64,000 nucleotides of DNA, from contig CACKVV010000001.1 in NCBI GenBank assembly GCA_902603665.1, positions 21,607 to 85,606 of the forward strand, written 5' to 3'. Both the position numbers and the translations under genes were made by a program. Each line of letters starts with the position of its first letter. Within the stretch, counting starts at the first letter, position 1. The notes below the pieces were generated by a model that was not told where the DNA came from, searched no databases, and saw only the letters and a list, made by a program, of their open reading frames with translations. The DNA is from an uncultured Pelagibacteraceae bacterium. Lineage in GTDB: Bacteria > Pseudomonadota > Alphaproteobacteria > Pelagibacterales > Pelagibacteraceae. Shown here piece after piece: positions 31,071-42,813 of this stretch.

Positions 31071-33974
31071 TTATTCAAATACTTTATTAATAATTTCTTG
31101 TTGTTCTGAAAGATGTCTTTTTGCGTAACCTGTTGCAGGTGAAGCATCAGGATTTCTTCCTATATAAGAAATTTTACTATTTTTAGCCTTAATAGTTTCT
31201 AATGTCCATTGTATATAATCTCTTACTGAGAACCATGCGCCCATATTTTTTGGTTCTTCTTGGCACCAAAAAAAATTTGAATTATTTGCAAATGGTCTAA
31301 GTTCTTTTACAAGAGCTTTTGCAGGAAATGGGTATAATTGTTCAATTCTATACAATGCAACGTCATCAACTTTTAGTTTCTCTCTTGCTGCCAATAAATC
31401 AAAGTAAACTTTACCAGAACACATAATAACTTTTCTTATCTTTGATTTATCTTTTAATTTTAAAAAACCCTCAGCTTTAGGATCTAAAGCGTGATCCCAG
31501 AGTACTCTGTGAAATGTATTTTCTTTACTAAAATCCTCTATATTTGATACACATAATTTATTTCTTAGTAAGGACTTTGGTGTCATCATAATTAAAGGCT
31601 TTCTAAAGTCTCTATGCATTTGTCTTCTCAATGCATGAAAATAGTTAGCTGGAGTAGTGCAATTCATAATTTGAAGATTATCATTTGCACATAATTGTAG
31701 ATATCTCTCCAATCTTGCGGAAGAATGCTCTGGACCTTGACCTTCATATCCATGGGGTAGCAGCATTACTAATCCTGAGGCTCTATTCCATTTCCTTTCT
31801 CCAGATGCAATAAATTGGTCAATAATTACTTGAGCACCATTAGCAAAATCTCCAAACTGTGCTTCCCACAAAGTAAGAGTGTTTGGTTCAACTAAACTAT
31901 ATCCATACTCAAATCCTAGGACTGCGAGTTCTGATAAAAAACTATCAACAATTTCAAAATTTTTTTGATATTTTGATATATTGTTCAAAGGAATATATCT
32001 GGAATTATCAATTTGATTTCTTAGAACGGAATGTCTTTGACTAAAAGTCCCTCTTCCTGAATCTTGGCCAACCAATCTAACTGGATATCCCTCCTCCAAT
32101 AAAGAACCAAAAGCTAAAGCCTCTGCTGTAGCCCAGTCAATTCCAACACCTTGCTCAACTGTTTGTCTTCTGGAGTCAAGAATTTTAATAATTGTTTTAT
32201 GAATATTTTTTTCTTGTGGAACAATATTAATTTTACTTGAAATTTCTTTTAAAATTTTAATGTCAGCTCCTGTAACACCTCGTCTATCTTTTCCTTTTTC
32301 TGGTTTGTATCTAGACCATGTTCCCTCAAACCATTCTATTTTTGGTTTATAGTCTTTCGCAGTTTTAAATTGATCATCTAACAAATTCTTAAACTCTTGA
32401 ATTTTTAAATTTAGTTGATCTTTAGAGAAAAGATTTTCATTTACTAGTTTTTCTCCATAAATATTTACCGTAGACGGGTGTGATCTTATTTTTTTATACA
32501 TTATAGGCTGGGTAAAAGATGGCTCATCTCCTTCGTTATGACCAAATCTTCTATAACAAATTAGATCAATAACCACATCTCTGTTAAATTTTAATCTAAA
32601 CTCTGTTGCTACTCTTGTCGCGTAAACTACAGCTTCAGGATTATCTCCATTGACATGTATTATTGGTGCATCTACCATTTTCCCAACATCAGATGGATAT
32701 GGTGATGAACGTGCAAATCTTGGGCTTGTAGTAAATCCTATTTGGTTATTTACAATTATATGAATTGTTCCTCCAGTGTTGTGACCGGGTAGCCCTGACA
32801 TTGCAAAACACTCAGATACAACTCCTTGGCCAGCAAACGCAGCATCACCATGGATAAGAATAGGTATAACTTTATTTCTCTCTTTATCGCCATGAAAAAA
32901 TTGCTTTGCTCGTGTTTGTCCTAAAACAACTGGATTTACAGCCTCTAGATGAGATGGATTATCTGTAAGACTGACATGTACCGAATTTCCATCAAATTCT
33001 CTGTTTGAGGAAGCTCCCAAATGATACTTCACATCTCCAGCACTATCTTTAACGTTACCACTCATTTCTCCAGCAAACTCATTAAAAATTCTTTTGTAAG
33101 ATTTTTGTAAAACGTTTGCTAATACGTTTAATCGTCCTCTATGAGACATGCCTATTTTAACTTCTTTAATTTTAAACTGTCCTCCAATTTTTATGATCTG
33201 CTCTAATGCAGGTATCAAACTTTCCCCACCATCTAAGCCAAATCTTTTGGTTCCAACGTATTTTGTATGTAAAAACTTTTCAAAACCTTCAGCTTGAATA
33301 AGCTTATTTAAAATTGCATCTTTTCCATTGTTAGTAAATTTTAATGCATTCTCATCTTTTTCAACTCTATCTCTAAACCATTTTCTTTCAGTTGGATTGG
33401 AGATATGCATGTACTCATAACCGACTGGACCACAATAAGTTTTCTTTAAGAATTGAAGTATCTCTCGTACGCTTGCTTTCTCCCTGTTTATTACACCATT
33501 AAGTTCAATTTTTTTATCGTAGTTTTTCTTATCAAAACCATAATATTCAGGATGTAACTCATCTAAATATTCTGTCGTCATCATTTCTAGAGGATCTAAC
33601 TTTGCAAGTAGATGTCCTCTTAGCCTATAAGCTCTTATAAGTGCTACAGCACTTATGGATTCTTTGTTGGAATTTGCAACTACTTGAAAATTAAATTTAT
33701 CAGATACATCTTTGGATGCATTGCCATTTTTTTCTATTATTTTTTCTGTATGATTGGAATTTATTCTTACCCCTTCAGGTTTCCATGATGGTCCATTAAT
33801 ATCATTTAAAATAACTTCTGCTTCGTCCTGAATACCTTCAAAATAATCTTTCCAACTATCTGCAAGATTTGGATCTTGGTTCAAAAATCTTACATACATC
33901 TCCTCTATAAATGCACTATTTGTCTTATTCAGGAATGACGTTTTTTTATACTCTAAGTTTTTTGAAGATGACAT
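31071..33974 (-). CDS. sucA: 2-oxoglutarate dehydrogenase E1
   Basis: GMSHRGRLN, HGDAAFAGQG, GHNEGDEP and WEAQFGDF. Confidence 0.98.
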   Translation of the reverse strand: MSSSKNLEYKKTSFLNKTNSAFIEEMYVRFLNQDPNLADSWKDYFEGIQDEAEVILNDINGPSWKPEGVRINSNHTEKIIEKNGNASKDVSDKFNFQVVANSNKESISAVALIRAYRLRGHLLAKLDPLEMMTTEYLDELHPEYYGFDKKNYDKKIELNGVINREKASVREILQFLKKTYCGPVGYEYMHISNPTERKWFRDRVEKDENALKFTNNGKDAILNKLIQAEGFEKFLHTKYVGTKRFGLDGGESLIPALEQIIKIGGQFKIKEVKIGMSHRGRLNVLANVLQKSYKRIFNEFAGEMSGNVKDSAGDVKYHLGASSNREFDGNSVHVSLTDNPSHLEAVNPVVLGQTRAKQFFHGDKERNKVIPILIHGDAAFAGQGVVSECFAMSGLPGHNTGGTIHIIVNNQIGFTTSPRFARSSPYPSDVGKMVDAPIIHVNGDNPEAVVYATRVATEFRLKFNRDVVIDLICYRRFGHNEGDEPSFTQPIMYKKIRSHPSTVNIYGEKLVNENLFSKDQLNLKIQEFKNLLDDQFKTAKDYKPKIEWFEGTWSRYKPEKGKDRRGVTGADIKILKEISSKINIVPQEKNIHKTIIKILDSRRQTVEQGVGIDWATAEALAFGSLLEEGYPVRLVGQDSGRGTFSQRHSVLRNQIDNSRYIPLNNISKYQKNFEIVDSFLSELAVLGFEYGYSLVEPNTLTLWEAQFGDFANGAQVIIDQFIASGERKWNRASGLVMLLPHGYEGQGPEHSSARLERYLQLCANDNLQIMNCTTPANYFHALRRQMHRDFRKPLIMMTPKSLLRNKLCVSNIEDFSKENTFHRVLWDHALDPKAEGFLKLKDKSKIRKVIMCSGKVYFDLLAAREKLKVDDVALYRIEQLYPFPAKALVKELRPFANNSNFFWCQEEPKNMGAWFSVRDYIQWTLETIKAKNSKISYIGRNPDASPATGYAKRHLSEQQEIINKVFE

Positions 33975-34013
33975 TTGTCTATATCGTTAAGCTATATTAC
34001 TAAAAAAATATTA

Positions 34014-34889
34014 TCAACTAGACAATTTATTAAAAAGAGTTTTCCCTATCTCAGAAGGGGATTTTGCAATTGTAATACCACATTCTTCCATTTTTTTTAT
34101 TTTATCTTCTGCGCCACCTTTACCTCCTGAAATTATTGCACCAGCATGCCCCATTCTTCTACCAGGAGGTGCTGTTAATCCTGCTACAAATCCAACTATT
34201 GGTTTTTTTATATTATGATTTTTTACAAACTCAGCAGCCTCTTCTTCTGCTGTTCCTCCTATTTCACCTATCATTAAGATTGATTTTGTATCCTCATCAT
34301 TCAAAAAAAGATCTAAGCAATCAATAAAATTTGTTCCATTAATAGGATCCCCACCAATACCTATACAAGTAGTTTGCCCTAACCCATTTTCAGTTGTTTG
34401 AGCAACAGCTTCATAAGTTAATGTTCCTGATCGCGAAACTATACCAACTGATCCTTTTTTATGAATATTTCCAGGCATAATTCCTATTTTGCATTCATCT
34501 GGCGTGATGATGCCTGGGCAGTTAGGTCCAATTAATCTTGATTTAGATTTATTTAAATGCTGTTTAACTCTTAACATATCAAGGACAGGTATACCCTCTG
34601 TCACACAAACAATTAATTCTATGGATGCATCAATTGCCTCTATAATTGCTGATGAAGCAAATTTTGCTGGCACATAAATCATTGATGCATTAGCGCCTGT
34701 TTTATCTTTTGCCTCTTTAACAGTATTGAAAACAGGTCTTTCAAGATGCGTTTGACCTCCTTTGTTTGGAGTAACACCTCCAACTATATTTGTTCCATAT
34801 TTTATTGCTTGTTCAGAGTGGAAGGTACCGTTAGCACCAGTAAAACCTTGGCAAATAACTTTTGTATTTTTATTAACTAAAATAGACAC
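34014..34889 (-). CDS. sucD: Succinyl-CoA ligase alpha subunit
   Basis: QGFTG, GPNCPG and RMGHAGA (phospho-His). GTG start. Confidence 0.98.
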   Translation of the reverse strand: MSILVNKNTKVICQGFTGANGTFHSEQAIKYGTNIVGGVTPNKGGQTHLERPVFNTVKEAKDKTGANASMIYVPAKFASSAIIEAIDASIELIVCVTEGIPVLDMLRVKQHLNKSKSRLIGPNCPGIITPDECKIGIMPGNIHKKGSVGIVSRSGTLTYEAVAQTTENGLGQTTCIGIGGDPINGTNFIDCLDLFLNDEDTKSILMIGEIGGTAEEEAAEFVKNHNIKKPIVGFVAGLTAPPGRRMGHAGAIISGGKGGAEDKIKKMEECGITIAKSPSEIGKTLFNKLSS

Positions 34890-34892
34890 AAA

Positions 34893-36053
34893 TTATCTTA
34901 TCGCCTCTACTATTTTTTTTGCAGCATCATCTAAATTTTCAGCTGGAATTATTTTTAAACGTGACTTTTTTAAAATTTCTTTTCCCTCTTTGAAATTTGT
35001 ACCTGCTAATCTTACTACTAATGGAACTGAGATATTTATTTCTTTAGCAGCATCAACTACCCCTTGAGCAAGAATATCACATCTCATTATGCCTCCAAAT
35101 ATATTAATCAATATTCCTTTAACATTAGCATCAGATAGAATTAACTTAAATGCAGCTGAGACTTTTTCTTTAGAGGCTCCTCCTCCAACGTCTAAGAAAT
35201 TCGCTGGTTCTTCGCCATAGAGTTTTATTATGTCCATAGTAGCCATTGCAAGACCAGCTCCGTTGACCATGCAGCCTATACTTCCATCTAGTTTGATATA
35301 AGCAAGATCATGTTTACTCGCCTCTATTTCTGTTTCATTTTCTTCACTGAGGTCTCTGAACTTTAAAATTTCTGATTGTCTAAATAATGCATTACTATCA
35401 AAGTTCATTTTTGCATCTAAACAAACAACAGAATTAGTTTTAGTAAGTATTAATGGATTGATTTCAACTAAATTTGCATCCGTATCTATAAACATTTTAT
35501 ATATCGATTTAATTAGGTGAATTGCTTCTATCTTAGCTTCATTTTTTAGACCAAAAATATTTATAATTTTTTCACAGTCATCATCTAAAATTTCATTTAT
35601 TAAATCAATTTTAGTAGTAATAATTTTTTCGGGTGTTTCTATAGCAACTTTTTCTATATCCATTCCGCCTTGATCACTGGATATAAATGCTATCTTTGAG
35701 CTTGCTCTATCAACTAAACATGATAAATAAAATTCTCTTTCAATATTAGAAGACTCTTCAACATATAACCTCTTTACTTCTCTTCCACTAGGTCCAGTTT
35801 GATGAGTGACTAGATTTTTCCCTAAAAGTTTTAATGCTTCTTTTTCTAAATCTTTTAAATTATCTATAATTTTTACACCACCACCTTTTCCTCTTCCCCC
35901 AGCATGGATTTGTGCTTTTAAAACATATTTTTCAGTATTTAAATTTTTTGCTTTTTCAACTAGATCTTTTACGTTGAGAGCAAAATAACCGTTTGGGACA
36001 TTTGCGCCGTATTTCTTTAGAACTTCTTTAGCCTGATGCTCATGTATATTCAT
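34893..36053 (-). CDS. sucC: Succinyl-CoA ligase beta subunit
   Basis: MNIHEHQAK, KAQIHAGGRGK, NGAGLAM and NIFGGI. Confidence 0.98.
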   Translation of the reverse strand: MNIHEHQAKEVLKKYGANVPNGYFALNVKDLVEKAKNLNTEKYVLKAQIHAGGRGKGGGVKIIDNLKDLEKEALKLLGKNLVTHQTGPSGREVKRLYVEESSNIEREFYLSCLVDRASSKIAFISSDQGGMDIEKVAIETPEKIITTKIDLINEILDDDCEKIINIFGLKNEAKIEAIHLIKSIYKMFIDTDANLVEINPLILTKTNSVVCLDAKMNFDSNALFRQSEILKFRDLSEENETEIEASKHDLAYIKLDGSIGCMVNGAGLAMATMDIIKLYGEEPANFLDVGGGASKEKVSAAFKLILSDANVKGILINIFGGIMRCDILAQGVVDAAKEINISVPLVVRLAGTNFKEGKEILKKSRLKIIPAENLDDAAKKIVEAIR

Positions 36054-36056
36054 GAC

Positions 36057-37019
36057 CTACTTCTTTAAATCTGGATCAATTGCAGATGCAGCATCCCATA
36101 GTTTTTTTACAGCCTCAATTGAGTGATCAAATTGTTCTTTTTCTATTTGATCTAACTCAATAACTTCAATTTTGTCTATTCCTTTATTATTAATTACAAC
36201 TGGTACACCTGCATAGATACCATTCACTCCATATTCTCCATTCAGATATGCAGCACATGGTAAAACTTTATTCTCATTATTCATGTATGCTTTTGCCATT
36301 TCAACACCAGAAGCAGCTGGTGCATAAAAGGCAGAACCCTTTTCTAGGTACTTTACAATTTCTGCTCCACCGTCTCTGGTCCTTTGATTAATACTTTCTA
36401 GTCTTTCCTCTGATATTTTTCCCTGTTTAACAAATTCATTAAGCGGTTTTCCTGAGATTTTTGTAAATCTTGGTAAAGGGACCATCGTATCTCCATGACC
36501 TCCCATTACCATTGCATGAATTTCTTTAACTGGAACATTCAGTTCTAAAGACAAAAATAATTTAAATCTTGAACTATCCAAAATACCAGCCATACCAACA
36601 ACTTTGTTTGTTGGTAATCCCGAGTATTTTTGAAATGCCATAACCATTACATCCAAAGGATTAGTAATACATATTACAAAAGCATTAGGTGAATATTTTT
36701 TAATTCCTTCTGCAACTTGTTTTATTATTTTTAGATTAATTCCTAGAAGATCATCTCTACTCATCCCTGGTTTTCGAGGAACGCCTGCAGTAATAATAAT
36801 TACATCTGAATCTTTAATATCTTCATAATTATCTGTTCCTGAAAATTTTACATTAAATCCATCTACTGATGAAGATTGTGCGATATCAAGTGCTTTTCCT
36901 TTTGCAATTCCACTAGCCACATCAAATAGTACAACCTCATTGGCTAATTCTTTGAGACCAATTAAATGAGCTAAAGTTCCACCAATTTGCCCTGCTCCTA
37001 TTAATGATATTTTGGTCAT
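36057..37019 (-). CDS. mdh: Malate dehydrogenase (LDH-like)
   Basis: [25 protein letters not shown] and GGHGD. Confidence 0.97.
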   Translation of the reverse strand: MTKISLIGAGQIGGTLAHLIGLKELANEVVLFDVASGIAKGKALDIAQSSSVDGFNVKFSGTDNYEDIKDSDVIIITAGVPRKPGMSRDDLLGINLKIIKQVAEGIKKYSPNAFVICITNPLDVMVMAFQKYSGLPTNKVVGMAGILDSSRFKLFLSLELNVPVKEIHAMVMGGHGDTMVPLPRFTKISGKPLNEFVKQGKISEERLESINQRTRDGGAEIVKYLEKGSAFYAPAASGVEMAKAYMNNENKVLPCAAYLNGEYGVNGIYAGVPVVINNKGIDKIEVIELDQIEKEQFDHSIEAVKKLWDAASAIDPDLKK

Positions 37020-37020
37020 A

Positions 37021-38514
37021 TTATTTCATTGTTGGCATAACAAATTCAGGATTCATTCTTATTCCTGAAGGCCATCTAGATGTTATTGTTTTTAATTTTG
37101 TATAAAATCTAACACCCTCTGGACCATGCATATGCTGATCTCCAAATAATGAACGTTTCCACCCTCCAAAACTGTGAAAGGCTACTGGAACTGGTATTGG
37201 AATATTAATTCCCACCATTCCAACTTTAATTTTATTTGCAAAAGTCCTACCTGTATCTCCATCTCTTGTATAAACACTGGTCCCATTTCCAAACTCATGA
37301 TCGTTTATTAGATTTATAGCCTCGTCAAAATCTTTTGCTCTTACTACTGACAATACAGGTCCAAAAATTTCTTCTTTGTAAATTCTCATTTCCTTTTTTA
37401 CATTATCAAACAGACAGCCACCAATGTAATAACCTTCCTCATATCCTTGCAATTTTATATCCCTGCCATCAACAACTAATTTTGCACCTTCTTGTACTCC
37501 CAAATCAACATATCCTTTAACTTTCTCGAGATGTTCTTTGGTTACTAATGGACCCATTTCTGAAGATTTATCCATTCCTGGTCCCACTTTTAATGCCTCA
37601 ACTTTTTTTGCTAATTGTTCAACTAATTTATCTCCAACATTTCCAACTGCAACAGCAACTGATTGTGCCATACATCTTTCTCCGGCAGAACCATAGGCTG
37701 CTCCCATTAAACCATTTACCGCTTGATCTAAGTCACAATCTGACATTACTACACAATGATTTTTAGCACCACCTAAAGCTTGAACACGTTTTTCATTCTT
37801 TGCAGCTGTTTCATAAATATATTTTGCTATAGGTGTTGAGCCTACAAAACTAACTGCTGCTATATCTTTATTTTCTAATATTGCGTCTACAACTTCTTTA
37901 TCTCCATTGACAACGTTTAAAACTCCATCTGGTAGACCAGCTTCTGAAAATAGTTCAGCAAGCTTGAGTGAGCAAGATGGGTCTTTTTCAGATGGTTTTA
38001 AAATAAAAGTATTTCCACACGCTATTGCCATTGGGAACATCCACATAGGAACCATAGCAGGGAAATTAAAAGGGGTAATACCTGCACAAACTCCTAAAGG
38101 TTGTCTAATAGACCAACTGTCAATGTTAGTTCCAACATTTTCTGTAAATTCACCTTTTAACATCTGAGGAATCCCACATGCAAATTCAACAACTTCTAAA
38201 CCTCTAGTTAGTGAACCCTTGGCATCTTCATAAACTTTTCCGTGTTCAGAAACTATAAGTTTAGTTAAGAGATCAGAATTTTTTTCTATTAATTCTTTAT
38301 ATTTAAAAATAATTCTCGCCCTTTGAAGAGGGGGTGTATTAGACCAACTTTCAAATGATTGTTTTGCTTTTTGTACAGCTAAATCAAGATCTGATTTAGA
38401 TCCTAACAAAACTTCAGACTCTTGGGTGCCAGTTGCAGGATTAAATACTTTACCTTTTCTACTTGATGATCCAGTTACTATTTTCCCACCAATATAGTGT
38501 TCGATTAAATTCAT
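37021..38514 (-). CDS. mmsA: CoA-acylating (methyl)malonate-semialdehyde dehydrogenase
   Basis: [24 protein letters not shown] and EEIFGP. Confidence 0.95.
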   Translation of the reverse strand: MNLIEHYIGGKIVTGSSSRKGKVFNPATGTQESEVLLGSKSDLDLAVQKAKQSFESWSNTPPLQRARIIFKYKELIEKNSDLLTKLIVSEHGKVYEDAKGSLTRGLEVVEFACGIPQMLKGEFTENVGTNIDSWSIRQPLGVCAGITPFNFPAMVPMWMFPMAIACGNTFILKPSEKDPSCSLKLAELFSEAGLPDGVLNVVNGDKEVVDAILENKDIAAVSFVGSTPIAKYIYETAAKNEKRVQALGGAKNHCVVMSDCDLDQAVNGLMGAAYGSAGERCMAQSVAVAVGNVGDKLVEQLAKKVEALKVGPGMDKSSEMGPLVTKEHLEKVKGYVDLGVQEGAKLVVDGRDIKLQGYEEGYYIGGCLFDNVKKEMRIYKEEIFGPVLSVVRAKDFDEAINLINDHEFGNGTSVYTRDGDTGRTFANKIKVGMVGINIPIPVPVAFHSFGGWKRSLFGDQHMHGPEGVRFYTKLKTITSRWPSGIRMNPEFVMPTMK

Positions 38515-38538
38515 TGATAAAATTGTTTAATTAAGTAA

Positions 38539-39315
38539 TTAAGTCGTTGCAAGCATTTTTTTTATCTCAGCAATAGCTTTTGCTGGATTTAATCCTTTAG
38601 GACAAGCATTTGTACAGTTCATAATAGTATGACATCTATAAAGTTTTAATTCATCAGCAACTTTTTCTAATCTTTTTTTTCTTTCATCATCTCTACTATC
38701 AACTATCCACCTATAAGCTTGCAACAATACTGCTGGTCCAAGATATTTATCTCCATTCCACCAGTAACTTGGGCAAGATGTTGAACAGCAAGCACACATA
38801 ATGCACTCGTAAGCTCCATCTAGTTTTGATCTATCTTTTTGGGATTGATGTATTTCTTTACTTTCTGATGTGGATTTATTTTTCAACCAAGGTTCTATAG
38901 ATTTATATTGTTTGTAAAGACCATCAAGATCACCTATTAAATCTTTTTTTACTTTTAAATGTGGCAAAGGATAAATGTTAATATCTCCTTTAATTTCAGA
39001 ATGTGGGGTAGTGCATGCAAGACCATTTTTACCTCCCATGTTCATTGCACATGAACCACAAACTCCATGAGCACATGATCTTCTATAAGTTATTGTTGGG
39101 TCAATCTCGTTTTTTATTTTATTTAAAATATCTAGAACTTTAGATGGACAATTATCCATGTCTACTTCGTAGGTATCTATTCTTGGTTTATCGCCTGTTG
39201 AGGGATCCCACCTATAAATGTTAACTTTTCTAATATTTTTTGAGTTAGTTTTATCTTTAAAATATTTACCTTTTTGAATTTTTGAATTCTCAGGTAAATT
39301 TATTTGAACCATCAA
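38539..39315 (-). CDS. sdhB: Succinate dehydrogenase iron-sulfur subunit
   Basis: [26 protein letters not shown] and CHTIMNC...CP. Confidence 0.98.
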   Translation of the reverse strand: MMVQINLPENSKIQKGKYFKDKTNSKNIRKVNIYRWDPSTGDKPRIDTYEVDMDNCPSKVLDILNKIKNEIDPTITYRRSCAHGVCGSCAMNMGGKNGLACTTPHSEIKGDINIYPLPHLKVKKDLIGDLDGLYKQYKSIEPWLKNKSTSESKEIHQSQKDRSKLDGAYECIMCACCSTSCPSYWWNGDKYLGPAVLLQAYRWIVDSRDDERKKRLEKVADELKLYRCHTIMNCTNACPKGLNPAKAIAEIKKMLATT

Positions 39316-41087
39316 TAAACTCTTTCTTGAGGTGGAAAATATTGGACTTCATTTGTTAAAGTTGATTTATGAACATCTCTGTATTCAATTTTAGTATTTT
39401 TACCATCACACCAAGCAAGGCTGTGTTTCATAAATTTTTGATCATCCCTTTTTGGATAATCTTCTCTTGCATGTGCGCCTCTGCTTTCTTTTCTTTGAAA
39501 AGCCGAATCGACAGTTGTTATTGCTTGACGAATTAAGTTATCGAATTCAAGTGTTTCAACTAAGTCTGTATTAAATACTAATGATCTATCTTTTACTGAA
39601 ATAGAATCCATTCCATCATAGGTTTTTCTTATTTCGTCTACTCCCTCTTTAAGATTTTTTTCAGTTCTAAAAACTGCACATTTTGATTGCATTGTTTTTT
39701 GCATTGAAAGTCTTAATTCTGCTGTAGAATTTTCACCATCTGCATTTCTTAATCTATCAAACCGCGACAAACATTTTTCAGTTTCAGTCTCACTAATTTC
39801 TTCGTGAGGAGTACCAGGCTTAACAAGTTCAGCTGCTCTTTTCGCTGCTGATCTTCCGAAAACAACAAGATCAATTAAAGAGTTAGAGCCTAATCTGTTT
39901 GCACCATGTACTGATACACATGCAGCCTCACCTATAGCCATTAGTCCAGGTACAGTTTTTTCTGAACCATTAACTGTTAAAACTTCGGCTTTATAATTTG
40001 TGGGTATCCCACCCATATTATAATGAACAGTTGGTACAACAGGAATTGGGTCTTTGGTTACATCAACGTTCGCAAATAATCTTGCTGCTTCTGTAATTCC
40101 AGGCAACCTATTTTCGATAACATCTTTATCTAGATGATTTAAATATAAATGAACGTGATCTTTGTCATTACCGACTCCTCTTCCTTCATTAATTTCAATT
40201 GACATTGACCTGCTTACTACATCTCTAGATGCTAAGTCTTTCGCATTAGGAGCATATCTCTCCATAAATCTTTCACCTTTGGAATTAACAAGGTAGCCAC
40301 CTTCACCTCTTACACCCTCGGAAATCAAAGTGCCATGTCCATAAATACCAGTTGGGTGAAACTGAACAAATTCCATATCTTGTAATGGCAATCCAGCTCT
40401 TAATACCATGGCGTTTCCATCTCCTGTGCATGTATGAGCAGAAGTAGCTGAATAGTATACTTTACCGTAACCTCCAGTGGCAATTATAGTTATATGCGAT
40501 CTAAATCTATGTATAGTTCCATCATTTAAATTCCATGCAATTAGTCCCTTGCACTGACCATCTTTCATTAATAAATCTAATGCAAAATATTCGATAAAAA
40601 ATTCTGTGTTATGTTTAAGTGCTTGCCCATAAAGAGTATGTAAAATTGCATGACCTGTTCTATCTGCCGCTGCACAGGTCCTTTGAACTATTCCATTACC
40701 ATAATTTTTAGTCATTCCTCCAAACGGTCTTTGATAAATTTTTCCATCTTCTGTTCTACTAAATGGGACACCATACTTTTCTAATTCAATAACTGCCTTT
40801 GGAGCCTCTTTGCACAGATACTCAATACTGTCTTGATCACCTAGCCAATCTGCACCTTTGACAGTATCATACATATGCCAACGCCAGTCATCCTCTCCCA
40901 TATTTCCAAGTGCAGCTGAAATACCACCTTGAGCAGCAGAAGTATGACTTCTAGTTGGAAATACTTTTGAGATACATGCTGTTTTAAGACCAGCTTCACT
41001 TAAGCCTACAGCCGCTCTTAGACCTGAACCGCCAGCTCCAAGAACAACTACATCATATTCGTGATCTATAATTTTATATGCAGTCAT
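39312..41087 (-). CDS. sdhA: Succinate dehydrogenase flavoprotein
   Basis: [10 protein letters not shown] (covalent FAD His), QFHPT and HGANRLG. Confidence 0.98.
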   Translation of the reverse strand: MTAYKIIDHEYDVVVLGAGGSGLRAAVGLSEAGLKTACISKVFPTRSHTSAAQGGISAALGNMGEDDWRWHMYDTVKGADWLGDQDSIEYLCKEAPKAVIELEKYGVPFSRTEDGKIYQRPFGGMTKNYGNGIVQRTCAAADRTGHAILHTLYGQALKHNTEFFIEYFALDLLMKDGQCKGLIAWNLNDGTIHRFRSHITIIATGGYGKVYYSATSAHTCTGDGNAMVLRAGLPLQDMEFVQFHPTGIYGHGTLISEGVRGEGGYLVNSKGERFMERYAPNAKDLASRDVVSRSMSIEINEGRGVGNDKDHVHLYLNHLDKDVIENRLPGITEAARLFANVDVTKDPIPVVPTVHYNMGGIPTNYKAEVLTVNGSEKTVPGLMAIGEAACVSVHGANRLGSNSLIDLVVFGRSAAKRAAELVKPGTPHEEISETETEKCLSRFDRLRNADGENSTAELRLSMQKTMQSKCAVFRTEKNLKEGVDEIRKTYDGMDSISVKDRSLVFNTDLVETLEFDNLIRQAITTVDSAFQRKESRGAHAREDYPKRDDQKFMKHSLAWCDGKNTKIEYRDVHKSTLTNEVQYFPPQERVY

Positions 41088-41413
41088 TAGTTTAAATTAA
41101 ATAATATGATAATTGTAAATAATGGAAATACTATAGCAAATAAATTTAAAGCTTTGTTTGCGGCATTTTTGATATTTTCATCACGTATATAATCTTCAAA
41201 TACCTCACTAATACTTAGAGCAGAAAAAAAATAGGCAAATATTAAAAAAATACTAACTAAAAATTTTGATGGATGAGAATTCAAGAAACTGATTACAGAT
41301 TGATAATCATTATCATAAATGGAAACAAAATTTAAAATGAACCAAAACATCAATGGTATTAAAATCAGCGAGCTTATTTTTAAAAAGACCCATTTTTTAG
41401 TAACAGATTTCAT
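41087..41413 (-). CDS. sdhD: Succinate dehydrogenase membrane anchor subunit D (heme-ligand His absent)
   Basis: Three TM segments, EDY quinone motif and sdhCDAB synteny. Confidence 0.9.
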   Translation of the reverse strand: MKSVTKKWVFLKISSLILIPLMFWFILNFVSIYDNDYQSVISFLNSHPSKFLVSIFLIFAYFFSALSISEVFEDYIRDENIKNAANKALNLFAIVFPLFTIIILFNLN

Positions 41414-41793
41414 TAGATTAAATTTCTCCCAATTAAATAAATTAAAATTGTTAGTATAAATGATCCAATGATTACAATAGAGCCGGTAATTTTTGTTGTT
41501 TTTAAATCAAAACCGTAACCTAAATCCATAATAATGTGCCTGATCTCACTTAACATTTGGAAGCTGAAAGACCAAATAATACCCATAACAAAAAATTTTC
41601 CAATAAAAGAGCTTAAAAAGTAATTTACCGACTTATAAGTTTCTTCGCCTAGCAACAAAGAAGAGATCCATAAACATAAAAGTGAAATAACAATTGTATT
41701 TATTATTCCCGTAATTCTTGTTGTAATTGATACTAATGATGAAATGTGCCATTTATAAATTTGTATATGAGGTGATAAAGGATTATTTTGCAT
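41413..41793 (-). CDS. sdhC: Succinate dehydrogenase cytochrome b556-like subunit C (heme-ligand His absent)
   Basis: PLSPH.QIY, S...RITG and IRH...DLG. Confidence 0.93.
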   Translation of the reverse strand: MQNNPLSPHIQIYKWHISSLVSITTRITGIINTIVISLLCLWISSLLLGEETYKSVNYFLSSFIGKFFVMGIIWSFSFQMLSEIRHIIMDLGYGFDLKTTKITGSIVIIGSFILTILIYLIGRNLI

Positions 41794-41794
41794 T

Positions 41795-42790
41795 TTAATT
41801 ATTATTTATAATAGCTTCTGCAATTTCGACAGAGTTTAATGCCGCCCCACGAAGAAGATTATCTGAAACAATCCAAATATTTAAAGAATTTTTTTTTGTT
41901 TTATCTTCTCTTATCCTCGAAATAAAAGTCTCATTTTTTCCTGCAGCCTCAATTGGTGTTGCATATCCACCATTTTCTTTTTTATCAATGACAGAACAAC
42001 CGGGAGAGTCATTTAAAACCTGTTTAATTTTATCTAAAGAAAATTCATGTTCAAATTCAATATTTACAGATTCCGAATGAGATACTAAGACTGGTATTCT
42101 TACACATGTTGCTGTCAGTTCAATTCTTGTATCCAAAATTTTTTTTGTCTCATTGGTCATTTTTAATTCCTCTTTTGTGTAACCATCATCCGAAAATTCA
42201 TCAATGTGCGGAATTATGTTAAAAGCAATTTGTTTTGTAAAATTTTTTGATTTGATTTCTTTACTTTCTAAATACATTTTAGTTTGTTGAATTAATTCAT
42301 CCATTGGAGCTTTCCCTCCTCCGGAAACTGATTGGTAAGTTGATACTATAACTCTTTTAATTTTAAATAAATCATGCAAAGGCTTTAGTACTAAAACTAA
42401 TTGTGCTGTGGAACAATTCGGATTAGCAATTATATTTTTTTTCATGTTCTGAATATCTTTTGCGTTTACTTGAGGAACTATTAATGGAACATCTGGATCC
42501 ATTCTAAAATAACTAGAATTATCAATTACTGTTGTGTGTTTTGCAGCTTTTTCTGCATACTGTTCAGAAATTTTTCCACCTGCTGCAAAGAAAGTTATTT
42601 TTGCTTTAGAAAAATCATAATTTTCAAGATTTTCTATTGAATACTTTTTTCCATTGAATTCTAATTGTTTTCCAGCGCTGTTTGGTGATGCAACCAAATA
42701 GAGATTATTAATATTTAAATTCTTTTGTTGTAAAACTTCCAAAGTTTTACGACCTACGTTTCCTGTTGCCCCTACAATTGCAATATCCAT
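41795..42790 (-). CDS. asd: Aspartate-semialdehyde dehydrogenase
   Basis: GATGNVG, NPNCST, YQSVSG and DNLLRGAA. Confidence 0.97.
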   Translation of the reverse strand: MDIAIVGATGNVGRKTLEVLQQKNLNINNLYLVASPNSAGKQLEFNGKKYSIENLENYDFSKAKITFFAAGGKISEQYAEKAAKHTTVIDNSSYFRMDPDVPLIVPQVNAKDIQNMKKNIIANPNCSTAQLVLVLKPLHDLFKIKRVIVSTYQSVSGGGKAPMDELIQQTKMYLESKEIKSKNFTKQIAFNIIPHIDEFSDDGYTKEELKMTNETKKILDTRIELTATCVRIPVLVSHSESVNIEFEHEFSLDKIKQVLNDSPGCSVIDKKENGGYATPIEAAGKNETFISRIREDKTKKNSLNIWIVSDNLLRGAALNSVEIAEAIINNN

Positions 42791-42813
42791 GGTATTTTTT
42801 GAATAGTTTTATA

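Noticed and set aside
41087-41793. sdhC/sdhD as decaying pseudogenes
   Set aside because: They are full length, in frame, overlap neighbouring start/stop codons and keep the quinone-site residues. The notable changes cluster at the heme site.
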